The notes beneath the pieces were generated by a model. That model was not told the DNA's origin and did not search any database. It saw only the letters and a program-made list of their open reading frames with translations. Positions 32,509 to 43,685 of a stretch of DNA of 64,000 bases are shown one piece after another. Position numbers and translations under genes: made by a program. Source of the stretch: Nematocida ausubeli (lineage: Eukaryota); contig NW_026515637.1 in the NCBI RefSeq assembly GCF_000738915.1, forward strand, positions 62,001-126,000. The letters are read 5' to 3'. Position 1 is the first letter of the stretch. The number at the start of each line of letters is the position of its first letter.

Positions 32509-33919
32509 TCGATAAAAAATAAATAGAATGCGAAATTAATAGAACAAGGCACCTATTTAATATAACCCGATGAGTAATATAATTAATGCGAATAAATTAA
32601 GACAAAAACCACAGGAGACAGCAAATATGCAGTAGAATGCAAAATATGACTGCAATAATTTCATAAATATTCTTAATATGCGTGCACTTAAATCAAAGAA
32701 TTTCATGCATATTTATTATTCTAATGTGTCTCCTGCAGCCGTATATGATTCAGTATAATAAGTAAGGAGTATATGCAGGGTGACTGTACATGGAAATTAG
32801 TTAAATAATTAGTCGGATATTTTATTCAGCTTCTAATTAAATTCACTCATACAGTGGGAGAGAATATCCCACTGCATGGGCATATTGTATATTATATATG
32901 GTGTGTATTATATTTAGAGTATTTTTTGGGTGGAATTTGCTTTACTAGAGCATTGCTTGACTGTGAGATTCTTAACTGAAATTTACTTTACTAGAGTATT
33001 GCTATTTGACCAGAGTATTGCCTGGGTAGAAAGTTTCCTCTTAATGACTGTATATTATTTAACCTACAGCATGCAATTTTGAGAAATTCAGAAATAACTT
33101 TGGCAAATGCAGAGTACTATATTGAAGATTCTTTACAAGAAGGTTTATTAAGTGAAGTATTTAGAATGTATAGTTTGCACTTTTAAGCTTCTTCTTATAG
33201 TAAAATGTTGTGAAGTATAGTAAAGATTCTTTTTCGAAGAAATTCTAGAGTGTTTGACTGTGTCCTTTGAAATTTGAAGTAATAGCAGAGATATCTGAAA
33301 TAAAGTGACTCTAATTAGGATATTTAGGGATATTTATGAGATATAGTAGATATATGCATATACTTGAAGAAACAGTGAGATGCAAGAGATACTATATAAA
33401 ACAAATAGAAGAAATAGTTAAGATTAAAGGATAATTTAGAAGGAAAAGAATCTATTAGTTTAATACAGTGAAAATAGTCATGATATACTGGCTTTTCATG
33501 GAATTTCATCTAGTATAATTATACTCAGCTAATAGTCACTGACTTTGTCTCCATGGTATACAAATACTTCTGCCTAATAATCAGGCTTAAATAGAAGATT
33601 AGCCAATAGAATAGTCTCTGCGGTAGTATGCATCTGGTGAATTTGTGCAGTAAAATGAATAGTTCAGTCTATATGTCTCTTTCAGTCAGTAGAAAATAAA
33701 CTTGTTCATAGAGACTTTCACAGTAGCAGACTAAGAGTGCTAGATATACCCAGGCACATTGAGCTACAGAAGGTTTCATTATAACAGGAATATACGGGAC
33801 ATAGACTTATTTTTGCACTAGTATTAATGATCAAGTGTTTTCTTGTTATGGGAGGTCTCTTTGGTTTTAAGATGTTTTGTTTCAATTGTAGCATAAGTAT
33901 CCTTTCTCTCTCGGATATT

Positions 33920-35314
33920 ATGCGAGGTCTTCTTTTTTTCGCTATGCTTACATGCAGATGCGCTGTTGAATATAAAGGCACAGATGAAGCTGCAACTGGA
34001 CAGATGCTAGGGTCACGGGATATAACAAAAGTGACAGAGCACATGGAACTGCCTTCAAGAATGACAGACAGACAGGACAAAGAAGAAATAGAAAGAGTTG
34101 CAAAAAGAAATATGCAGTACAACCAGGCAATAGATAAGAATATAAAATATGCACTCTCTACACTCACTAGGCAAGAGAAAGAAATAGCACAGATTAGAAA
34201 GGCACTATCTTCAATCTCAAGCATAGTCAGTACATTTATGCAAGAGAGTGCAGAGAAGAAAATACCTAAAGATAAATTTGTTGCAGTATTTGATGGAGGG
34301 TCAACAGGTACCCGCTTAAATATATATCAGTTTGATGAGAAGGGTCTTACCCTGAAGTCGCATCTTTTCAAAAATGTTTCCCCAGGGATTCATCTAAGCA
34401 AGACCCCAGAAGAAGATATTAGAAGTCTTCTTTCTGTTGGAAGGAAATACTTGGAGGAACACCAGCATACAACAGGATATGACTTCCCTGTTGTATTCAA
34501 TGGAACTGCAGGTCTAAGGCTAATTGGGGAAAGAGCAAAAGACCAGGTGCTAGAGAAAGTAAAAACCGTTATTTTGGAGGAAACAAAGAAAAAAGAAATA
34601 GAAGTAAGGGTGATAGATGGGAAAGAAGAAGGGTTTTATGCATGGGCAGCCCTTGTGTTTGTCACGCAAATGAAAGAGAAGATTGGGATTATTGACTTAG
34701 GTGGTGGATCAGCACAAATTTCCTTTGAAGTTGACAAGGATGCACAGAGTGTTCAGGAGGGAATAGTGCACGGAAAGAAAAAAGATGTTTTATCCAGGTC
34801 CTTCCTTGGAATGGGTCTGGTTGCAGGCCTGGCACAAGTGCACAAACTTGACACTCAGAATGTGTGCACGTGGAAATCACAGAGTTTCGATGTAGCCAAG
34901 TGCAAAGGCCATATAAAGACCATACTAGCCACAATGATACAAAGTACAACGCATGGAAAGGAGGTTGCTCCTGGATTGTCCCAGATAAATACTATTTTTG
35001 TCTCTTCTTTCATTGCAGAGATGCTGCATCTTCTTAAGACACCTGCAACAGCACAGTTCAAAGACATAAAGAAGATTGCCTCTACGGTTTGCTCAAATAA
35101 GCCATCTGCACCACATACAACTGCATCCAATGCACATTCTGCCAGTAACCCACCCATTCCAACCTCCCCAGCCCCTGACTGTGTGAGTGTGCTGTACACC
35201 ATAATGTTCATGGAGAATCTTGGTGTCGGCCTTTTTACTCCTATAAAGAATGTGGCAACCATTCCAACTGATATTAGCTGGTCTCTGGGTAGGGCACTTT
35301 CTCTTATCGAATAG
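33920..35314 (+). CDS. GDA1/CD39 family nucleoside di/triphosphatase (apyrase)
   Basis: Apyrase conserved regions DGGSTGTR, GTAGLR, DGKEEGFYAW, DLGGGSAQ and SWSLG; start MRGLLFFAMLTCRCA at 33920 is signal-like. Confidence 0.88.
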   Translation: MRGLLFFAMLTCRCAVEYKGTDEAATGQMLGSRDITKVTEHMELPSRMTDRQDKEEIERVAKRNMQYNQAIDKNIKYALSTLTRQEKEIAQIRKALSSISSIVSTFMQESAEKKIPKDKFVAVFDGGSTGTRLNIYQFDEKGLTLKSHLFKNVSPGIHLSKTPEEDIRSLLSVGRKYLEEHQHTTGYDFPVVFNGTAGLRLIGERAKDQVLEKVKTVILEETKKKEIEVRVIDGKEEGFYAWAALVFVTQMKEKIGIIDLGGGSAQISFEVDKDAQSVQEGIVHGKKKDVLSRSFLGMGLVAGLAQVHKLDTQNVCTWKSQSFDVAKCKGHIKTILATMIQSTTHGKEVAPGLSQINTIFVSSFIAEMLHLLKTPATAQFKDIKKIASTVCSNKPSAPHTTASNAHSASNPPIPTSPAPDCVSVLYTIMFMENLGVGLFTPIKNVATIPTDISWSLGRALSLIE

Positions 35315-35519
35315 AAAATACTCCATCTATAAATATATAACTGCAATTAAAACGTCTTTTATTTTATCTTATCTTTTTCACACTTTTCATCTTTTTGCAT
35401 TTCAGGTGCACCTCTGTACTACTGTCGTATGCAAAATATTCTACTAGTCAATTTATTACTCGTCTATTAAAATATTTCGAATATTTATATGAGGCAGTGG
35501 AGTGTTTTTGTATTCTTGA

Positions 35520-35720
35520 GTATTTTGGAGTGTATTTGTATTCTAGTATACTCTAGTGTACTCTAGAGTATTTTTATATTCTAGTTTATTCCACTGCACT
35601 CTAATATACTCTAGTATATTCTACTGTATTCTAGTACTCTAGTATATTCTACTGCACTCTACTACACTCTAATATATTCTAATATACTCTGAATATACTC
35701 TAGATACACTCTGAATATAT
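35520..35720. repeat. Degenerate ~10-bp intergenic repeat (TACTCTAGTA-like)
   Basis: Recurrent TACTCTAG / ATTCTAG / ACTCTGAAT units. Confidence 0.6.
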
Positions 35721-35861
35721 ACTCCCGCAGCGTGCCCTTTGAACAATAAATATAAAGGCGTATACAAGTATATATTCTTGTCTAAGTACGGATGTGCTTG
35801 CTTAAATAACCCTTGCTCATGAAATATTAAAGAAGCATGGGATCTTGTGAGTACCATATTT

Positions 35862-36479
35862 CTACATTTTAAACCTTCCTAGGACTAGAACACCAAATAT
35901 ACTTGAGTCACTTGTGATGTGCATTAGAATCTGCACTAATGTACACCCTGTGAATATGCACCAGAATGTGTAATAACCCTTTATCCTTTTGGTTCTGTTA
36001 ATAATTATAAATAGACTAGAGACTATCCCACTCAGCAAGAATGTCAAGCACCCAATTGGCCAAATATGCTCAGTGAAATATAACTGCAAGGCCTTTCCTA
36101 CGATGGTAATTGGGAATGTGGTTGACATGGAGTAAGATGTAATGTACCCAGACTCAATGAATGTGAAACTAAATAGAAATGAATATAGAAAGGATCCTAG
36201 GAGAAGTACTCCAAAGAAAAGTGGAACAAGTTTCCCCATGGAAATATAAAGACAAAAGGGCTCTGTTGTGTCTCTATAACTAAGAAGTGCCCTGAAGAAA
36301 GAGCAACTGCAAACCATAGATACAAACAAAGAGGCAATGTTTACCCAAAGACCTACTTGAGAATATGCCTTTTGGTTCCCTGGCTTAGTCAGAGGCTGCA
36401 GAAGGACAGCCCTTCTAAAATATAGTGACTCCTTAATTATGTATAAATATGCTCTTTTTAGTCTGCTGTGCTGCCCCAT
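35862..36479 (-). CDS. Hypothetical multi-pass membrane protein (probable paralogue of 37429-38103)
   Basis: About 5 hydrophobic segments; shares LQP / WV / GK / SF.Y pattern with its neighbour. Confidence 0.7.
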   Translation of the reverse strand: MGQHSRLKRAYLYIIKESLYFRRAVLLQPLTKPGNQKAYSQVGLWVNIASLFVSMVCSCSFFRALLSYRDTTEPFCLYISMGKLVPLFFGVLLLGSFLYSFLFSFTFIESGYITSYSMSTTFPITIVGKALQLYFTEHIWPIGCLTFLLSGIVSSLFIIINRTKRIKGYYTFWCIFTGCTLVQILMHITSDSSIFGVLVLGRFKM

Positions 36480-37428
36480 AATTCACAAAACATAATAATA
36501 TTTTACACGATTAAAGAAGCACTGTATCAAACTGTCATGAGCTAAATAAATAAACAAAGAATTAAAAAGAAATCCATAATATAACTCAAATACTTTTGTT
36601 TTTATGATGTACCATTGAGTGCATACAACTAAGATACTCAGTGGGTTTGAAGGTATTTCTGGAATATTTCTCTTATTGAAGAATTTAGTGCATGCTTAGT
36701 GGATTTTCTTAATGGAAAGCAGATTCTGCAACGTAATAGAGTATACAGTAGTACTAGTACTTGCAATAGATGTATAACTGGCTGTTCATGGCACCTTATA
36801 CAATGAGACTATAGTTATAGGTATACTATGGTATAATAGGTGCTTTGAAGAGAGAACTATTTGTTTACTTTAGATGTCTCTTGACTACTCACAGTCTGCT
36901 ACCCCGTGGGATATTACTTTCTTGAGTATTTGAATTTATAAAATGCGTCTAAGTGGTCTAAAACAGAGTGATAGAAGACAGGCGTAACTAGAAATAGCCC
37001 GAAAGTATATGTGATATTTGTGATATATTTACTATATGTGATAAAAGTATAAAGGGGAATATCTTGGTATTTTTAATATAACCCGATATAACCCGAATCT
37101 ACTCAAACTTAATTTCTGTTGATAATCCATAGAATACGCAGTCTACAAATAATCTGCAAAAATATACGAGTACTTAATGCAGTAATTAGTCTAGTATACT
37201 GTGTATTCTGTGGATTTACTAATAGATATAACCCAATATAACCCAAATACAACCCGATATAACTCGATATAAGAAGCACAGTAATAATCATTTATTCCTA
37301 ATACTAATAAAAGTATCGATGCGTCCCTTGCAAGGGAACCAGCCTGGACTAATAGTATTTTAATACAATTCTTTGTCTCCTTGCCCCTCTATCCTTCATT
37401 TATGCATGCATTCTGGCTACTTCATTCT

Positions 37429-38103
37429 TCATTTTCGAATGATAATTGCATTGTCTCGGGTGCACACAATACTTAGATAGAAGACTAAACCACAGATAAA
37501 GTTCCCAATTATCATGGTCACCTGGCGTATAATGTTTGTTCTACTGTCAGATGAAGGATCCACACACCCAGACAAATTTATAGTAGCCAGGTACTGAGAA
37601 ATAATACCTATAATTACCATGGGGAATATGCTGAATATCATGCCGTATAGTCTAATCATACTTCTGTGCATTATAATGTAGAATATGCTGTCTACTAAAA
37701 TCACAGGAATACAAACTGTGAACGAAAGAATTAGAATGTACACAGCCACAGCCATGGTGATTTTAAAGACCTTTTTATAGATAAAGCTAACCCCAAAGAT
37801 CAGAGCAGGCACAAATATAAGGAATTCTACTCTTGGTGCACATATTATATAAAGCATCTTCCCAAGTAGAATTCCATCGCACAGAATAACTGTAGATGTA
37901 TTAATAATCATTGAAGTAAACAGAATAGATAAGAAGATGTATAGGCTGGATACCCATGTAATACCACTCCGCATGGAGTGTGAGGCAGGCTGCAGGAAGA
38001 GAGATCTTTTAATATTGGAAGTTTCATTTTTAATGGAAAACCCTTTTGACATCTCACTTATCCCACCCCGTGTTCTACTTTGCATGCCTCCCTGTCTTGC
38101 CAT
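37429..38103 (-). CDS. Hypothetical multi-pass membrane protein
   Basis: About 5 hydrophobic segments; AT-rich start context. Confidence 0.7.
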   Translation of the reverse strand: MARQGGMQSRTRGGISEMSKGFSIKNETSNIKRSLFLQPASHSMRSGITWVSSLYIFLSILFTSMIINTSTVILCDGILLGKMLYIICAPRVEFLIFVPALIFGVSFIYKKVFKITMAVAVYILILSFTVCIPVILVDSIFYIIMHRSMIRLYGMIFSIFPMVIIGIISQYLATINLSGCVDPSSDSRTNIIRQVTMIIGNFICGLVFYLSIVCTRDNAIIIRK

Positions 38104-38869
38104 TGAATGAAAATAAAAACAATAATATTAATAGAACTTAAAACAATTTGATGCCCTTTCGAAACAAGAACCAGAAAATAGATATATTTACTATATAAGG
38201 TTATATCACTTTGTTATTTAAAGTGGTAATTTTAGATTCCAAGTAAATAAGTCAAAATACTTCGGGTTATCCTTATAGTATTTTTGGACTAGAGGGTGAG
38301 TTTTTTGGGTTAGAGGGGGGATATATTCTGGGGTATAGAGGGTGAGTATTTTGGACTAAAACATAAATACTCTGGACTAAACCATGAATATTCTTGAGAG
38401 TGTAAATATGTTTTGGACTAAACCATGAATAAAGACATTTCACTGTGTGCCTTCAAATTAAATATATAAGGGCACTCTAAATATAAGATATATGGCTCTT
38501 TCAAAGTATTTATTTATTGAATTATTCTTGCACTCTGGGAAAACTCAAAAAACTCTTACTAATTGAGCAGAATAAAAGGAGTATCTAAGTATCTAATATT
38601 TAGTCTTAACCAAACTCCTTTCTTAACTAATATCCTTTAGAATATAAGGCTATTAGTAGTCTGTCTATGTGACTGTGCTTCTCTGGGAATATTTTTATTT
38701 AAATAGTCTAAACCCACTGAAACCCATTGAGACTGGATATGGGCAATGGACTAAATCTACTGTGCACTTGGTAATCTGAGAATTATCTGTTGAATACAAT
38801 GGAATAACCTTATAATTTCAGTGCTAGGGCAATCTTTGTGTAAATTTATCGCAAAAGTTTTTTAATATT

Positions 38870-39130
38870 ATGACGTACGTAAGCACACAGAAACCAGATG
38901 CTCCCGTAGAACAAAGCATGTCCTTGGAAGAACTTAAGCAAGGACTCTTGGAAATAACCCCAAAGGGAACAGAAAGAATATCCAGAAGCGAATTAATTAA
39001 AATAATCACTACAATGGGTGATAAGCTTACACTAACTGAGGCAACCCAGGTTCTTTCCCTGATTCCCACTGTAAATGGCGTAATTGAAATTTCTTCTTTG
39101 ATAGACAAATTGCACGGGACTTTTGAATAA
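38870..39130 (+). CDS. Single-lobe EF-hand protein (myosin light chain/calmodulin C-lobe-like)
   Basis: EELKQGL...ISRSELIKIITTMGDKLTLTEA...NGVIEI. Confidence 0.7.
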   Translation: MTYVSTQKPDAPVEQSMSLEELKQGLLEITPKGTERISRSELIKIITTMGDKLTLTEATQVLSLIPTVNGVIEISSLIDKLHGTFE

Positions 39131-39194
39131 ATTGAATGACTATTAAGCGAGACTAGTATATGATGAATTTATTTTTTAGGAGAATGCGCTTTGC

Positions 39195-39512
39195 ATGGAA
39201 AAAAGAAAAAGAACTCACTGGACCGCAAAATATCTAAAGCGAATAAACTCAACAGAGGTCACTCTGAAGCGGTCTCAATCAAAACGGTCCAAAACACTTC
39301 CCTCAACAGTTAAAGAGATAGAAATACAGCCAGTCTTTAAGAAGGAAAAAGAACAAAACACTGTACGTACACCTGACAGAGTCATTCACACGCCAAAACG
39401 AAAAATAGTATACATTTCCCCTCATAGAAATATAATAATACCCCCAACCCCACACGGTGCCTCAGAAGAGTACATTTCAGAGACTCGGTCTAGAAAAAGA
39501 CTCTTTTCGTAA
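39195..39512 (+). CDS. Small basic disordered protein with CDK consensus sites and a C-terminal RxLF
   Basis: TPDR, TPKR, SPHR, TPHG; ends RSRKRLFS. Confidence 0.6.
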   Translation: MEKRKRTHWTAKYLKRINSTEVTLKRSQSKRSKTLPSTVKEIEIQPVFKKEKEQNTVRTPDRVIHTPKRKIVYISPHRNIIIPPTPHGASEEYISETRSRKRLFS

Positions 39513-39997
39513 TGAAAAAAATAATTAGAATGGAGAAGATAGTTCCTGAGGCAAGAAAAAAGATATCTGGAGAGATGGAAGCACAGAGCTTTTTTGACAT
39601 AATAAATCCAAGCCGTCTATCGGCTGGGTCAATTGATGAAGGAGTATTCCCAGATGAAATTCTAGAGGGAATTGAAAGAAAAAGAGAACAACTTCTTCAG
39701 AAGATGGAAGTGTTTGTGGCAAAGGCAGCAGCACAGAAAATTCAACTTTGTGAGAAGAAAGATGCAGTGCAGGAGATACAGACAACAATTCGGGTAATTC
39801 TCCTGGAAATAGAAAAGCTCCAGGTGCAGACAGGAACAAACTGTGTTAAGGAGTGCAGTAGAATGCTTTCTGAGCTGGAGTGCATCAACAAGAAGATGCA
39901 GACTACAAGTACCTTGCACAGAAGGCTTTATTTTCTCACACTAGCAGTGGTTATATTCGGGTTAGTGGCTGTAGCAAAAGAGAAGTTTATGGATTAG
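39512..39997 (+). CDS. Tail-anchored coiled-coil protein (SNARE-like)
   Basis: Heptad-rich body with one C-terminal TM (LYFLTLAVVIFGLVAVA). Confidence 0.6.
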   Translation: MKKIIRMEKIVPEARKKISGEMEAQSFFDIINPSRLSAGSIDEGVFPDEILEGIERKREQLLQKMEVFVAKAAAQKIQLCEKKDAVQEIQTTIRVILLEIEKLQVQTGTNCVKECSRMLSELECINKKMQTTSTLHRRLYFLTLAVVIFGLVAVAKEKFMD

Positions 39998-41448
39998 ACA
40001 GAGAGTGACTGTGTTTTGATTTGAATGATATGATAAAGTAAATAGTTGAGTAAATATAGAATTGTTTTGTCTTTGTATTGTGTGTTATACTGTAGATTGT
40101 AAATTATTCAAATACTACAGTTCTTCCGTACTAATTAGTATCTAGTATGCTCACAGAGACTAATAGTTAAATATTCATACTATGTGAGAACTCACGTATT
40201 TTAGTGCTCTGGTGTATACTGTGCTTAGCTTCATTCTGCAGAGATAATGTGCTGCCTATTAGGAGGTTAGAATGGAGTAAAATACCTCCCTGGGATATTC
40301 AATTAGTATATAGAAATATATTCACATATTCATACTTTAAAGGATCTTCTTACATTTATAGCCTTATGCTTGAATGTTATAACCTGAAATTAACCCAGTA
40401 TATAACCTGAAAACAAACTGAAATAAACTGAAAATAATTCAGTATAGTCCAGTATATAGTAGGAGTTTATTGCTTTAATACGTTTGAATGAAGATATAAC
40501 CCAGTATAACCCGATATAACCCGAATTTGCTTTGTAAGAATTTACTCCTGCACTATGCAAAGAATTCTCTGAAATTTCCCAAGAGACAAGAACTTAATTA
40601 TTACTGAAGCAAGAATAATTCAATAGATATATTTTCACTAAAAAATAACCTGAAATAAACTGTTATCTTCAGCCTACTCTAAAGAATATATAAAATATAT
40701 GCACATTATCTGATTCATCTGTGCATTAGTGTCTTTTACCACAGTAGTATTTGAATTTGTTCATAATGTTATTTTTATTTTTATATGCTTATAGAGTACT
40801 ACAGTGTATATTTTTAATAGAGAGAGACTTTGTTTGTTTTCCATCTTGTTTTTTTAAAAACCCTTCAGCTTCTATCATTCTAAATAAAACTGCGTATTGT
40901 TTTATATAAACAACTATCTATTTACTGATTATTTATGCAGAAATTAGTCTGTCTCCATACATATATACGTAGTCCCTTAGGAGTACATATATTTTACTAT
41001 AAGCAGCAAAGCAAATAAACACTTTAGTACTTAAATAAATGGCAATATATACATCTCTGTTGAAATTGTCTGGTATATGTGCTATACATAAATATAATTC
41101 TAGTATACTGTAATACTTAGTCTAATTTGAATATTTTCGTACGTATTTTAGAAATTAATTTTACTTTTCTCTTGCAGTATGCTTTATTTTTACTAAAAAA
41201 AGTCTCAATGGCTAGAGAACAGAATATGAAAGAGTATATAAATAAGAACAATTTATACAAAGGGAATGCCCTAATAGAATGACTATATTTATGATAGTGT
41301 GGATATTTTCAAAATACCACGTCCTAAGGACAAACAAATAGAAAAATATCAGTATATGTCTGTTTTCGTGTGAATGTAAATATTTTTAGTATTTTGGCAT
41401 ATCAAAAAATACAGTTTAAAGTATTTAAGCACTTACACAATTATTTAC

Positions 41449-43209
41449 ATGCGTGTCAACAATACGAGAGTACTTAAAATAGCTAAATTCTCTGTCCTGG
41501 CTATTTTAATTGTTTTTATTATAGGATTCTGTATATATAAAATGGTTGGCATTAAAAAGAATATATATAATCTAGGGTCAAATAACCCTTTATTAAAGAA
41601 TATGCAAGTAGTCTCAAAACTCAATGACTTAGATGAGAGTGATATAGATTCCTCCTTAAAGAATAACCTTATGAACAATGATTCAGAATTTAAATTTGAG
41701 AACCAAAATTATGAATATTCCATGGATAATAGCTCTATGGATAATAACACTACCAATGAGCCTGAAAATAGACCAAAACAAATAAATCCCTACAATGCAT
41801 CAGAGAAATTCAGCAAAGTTGAAAAGGATGATGGATATGGAAGCAGTAATTCTCTGAATTCGTTTAATTTAGATGAAAAAGAACAAAATATTCCCTCATC
41901 AGTACAAACATCACCATCCACTAGCACTCATAACCCGCATATCCAGCAACCATCCACTAGCAGTCATAATTCACAGTCTAATGTAATACATATCCCACAG
42001 AAGCAAAATATGAGGTTTTTTAACCGTCAGAATATACAAAGACAGAAGGACAATGAACACACACAGAATGGACCTTTTGACCAGCCTATAGAGTTTTCAG
42101 TATACGAAGACGAGTATAGAAAATTTGAAAGTACCCGGTCAGAGCATACTAAAGGGTATTCTGTGCTTTTTAATGAATCTGCAGATTTGGATGCAAATTA
42201 TCAAAATTCATCCAATGATTATAATGAAGATGAGGATTTAAGTGATTTTAGTACATACAATAGTTTATTAGATATTATAAAGACATCTGATAGTGAACCT
42301 AAAGAACAAAAAAATTCAGTTAATTTTAATATGCAAGATGTATCCTATGAAGATGTCTCTACAGCAATGTCTATGAAGGACTTTAAGGATTTCACTGAAA
42401 AATATAATAAGTTAAAAGATGCTTATATGTTTTCAAAATTCACAAAAATAGCAAACAATCTAAAAGATAACTGTAACAGAACAAGTGATACTCTAGATAA
42501 GTGCTTACAAATAATGCTCTCAAATATTGATCAACAAAAAAAACTAAAGACTCCTCCAAGTTATACTACTATAACTGAGATTCCAATTACTGCTACAGCT
42601 GATACTATAACAGCTACTACTATAACTAAGGTTCCAATTGCTACTAAAGCTACTACTAAAAAAACAAAAACAAAAACTGCTACTAGAACAACTACTAGAA
42701 CTGAGATTCTAATTACTGCTCCAACTTCTACTATAACTGAGACTAATGAGACTAATGAGACTAATGATACTAATGAGGCTAATGATACTAATGAGGCTAA
42801 TGAGACTAATGAGGCTACAGATGAGACTAATGAGACTAATGAGGCTACAGATGAGACTAATGAGACTCCAATTGCTACACCAATTGATAGTACAGATGAG
42901 ACTCTAATTGCTACAACACCAATTGCTACTACAACTCCTAAAAGTAACCAAGATCTAAGTGATAAAAATGATAAAAATCTAAGTGATCAAGATACTAACA
43001 GTAAGCCTTTACAACTAAAAACTCTAAAGGCTCCAAATTTTGTATCTGTCACAAAGAATTTAAGAGATACTGAACCTATTGGATTCTTTGGATATGGTCC
43101 TTCTCAAAATTATTTAGGTAATGGTAACGATTATGATCTACATGTTAGTAATTGTGCTAATTATGATTCAACTGATCCAATAAGTCCTTCGGTTCAAGAT
43201 ACAGTATAA
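41449..43209 (+). CDS. Membrane-anchored N/S/T-rich mucin-like orphan protein
   Basis: N-terminal TM (FSVLAILIVFIIGFCIY), low-complexity body, Thr-rich and ETN/DTN repeats. Confidence 0.75.
   Translation: MRVNNTRVLKIAKFSVLAILIVFIIGFCIYKMVGIKKNIYNLGSNNPLLKNMQVVSKLNDLDESDIDSSLKNNLMNNDSEFKFENQNYEYSMDNSSMDNNTTNEPENRPKQINPYNASEKFSKVEKDDGYGSSNSLNSFNLDEKEQNIPSSVQTSPSTSTHNPHIQQPSTSSHNSQSNVIHIPQKQNMRFFNRQNIQRQKDNEHTQNGPFDQPIEFSVYEDEYRKFESTRSEHTKGYSVLFNESADLDANYQNSSNDYNEDEDLSDFSTYNSLLDIIKTSDSEPKEQKNSVNFNMQDVSYEDVSTAMSMKDFKDFTEKYNKLKDAYMFSKFTKIANNLKDNCNRTSDTLDKCLQIMLSNIDQQKKLKTPPSYTTITEIPITATADTITATTITKVPIATKATTKKTKTKTATRTTTRTEILITAPTSTITETNETNETNDTNEANDTNEANETNEATDETNETNEATDETNETPIATPIDSTDETLIATTPIATTTPKSNQDLSDKNDKNLSDQDTNSKPLQLKTLKAPNFVSVTKNLRDTEPIGFFGYGPSQNYLGNGNDYDLHVSNCANYDSTDPISPSVQDTV
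42738..42870 (+). repeat. 9-bp coding repeat GAGACTAAT (ETN/EAN/DTN)
   Basis: Tandem units directly visible. Confidence 0.85.
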
Positions 43210-43685
43210 GTAATCTAGTTGCTAAAATTGGCCCTCAGACTAATCAGAATCAAATATAATTAGTGCCTTAAATAGATAATATCTTCTAGACCAAAAAACT
43301 CATTATAAACAGACTAGTGGCTTATACTGCAGACTAATAGTACTACTGTACTTATTTCTATAAGTAAAAATAGTTGAAAGTCTGTTAGAAATAATACAGC
43401 CATGCATTTAGTAAGAATAACTAGACAGATCTACTTAGGAGACTAAGGTTATAATAATCCTAAAGATAATTAAAGTATAATCCTTTATGTAGTATTATTT
43501 TGTTCTTTTTCCTTTTAGTTTTATCTCTTCTACAAGATTTAATAGTACAGTACAAGATATTCTCTCTTTAAATTCACTATAATACTTATATATCAGAACT
43601 AGAAAGTCCGTTATTTATTTATTTTCAGATATAAATTGCATCATAGCAACTTATTAACTCCTTTAGTGTATAATTACTATTTCTC

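Noticed and set aside
32852..32874. 8-bp inverted repeat CAGTGGGA/TCCCACTG (also the palindrome TCCCTTGCAAGGGA at 37324-37337)
   Set aside because: Isolated and short, with no recurrence; compatible with chance.
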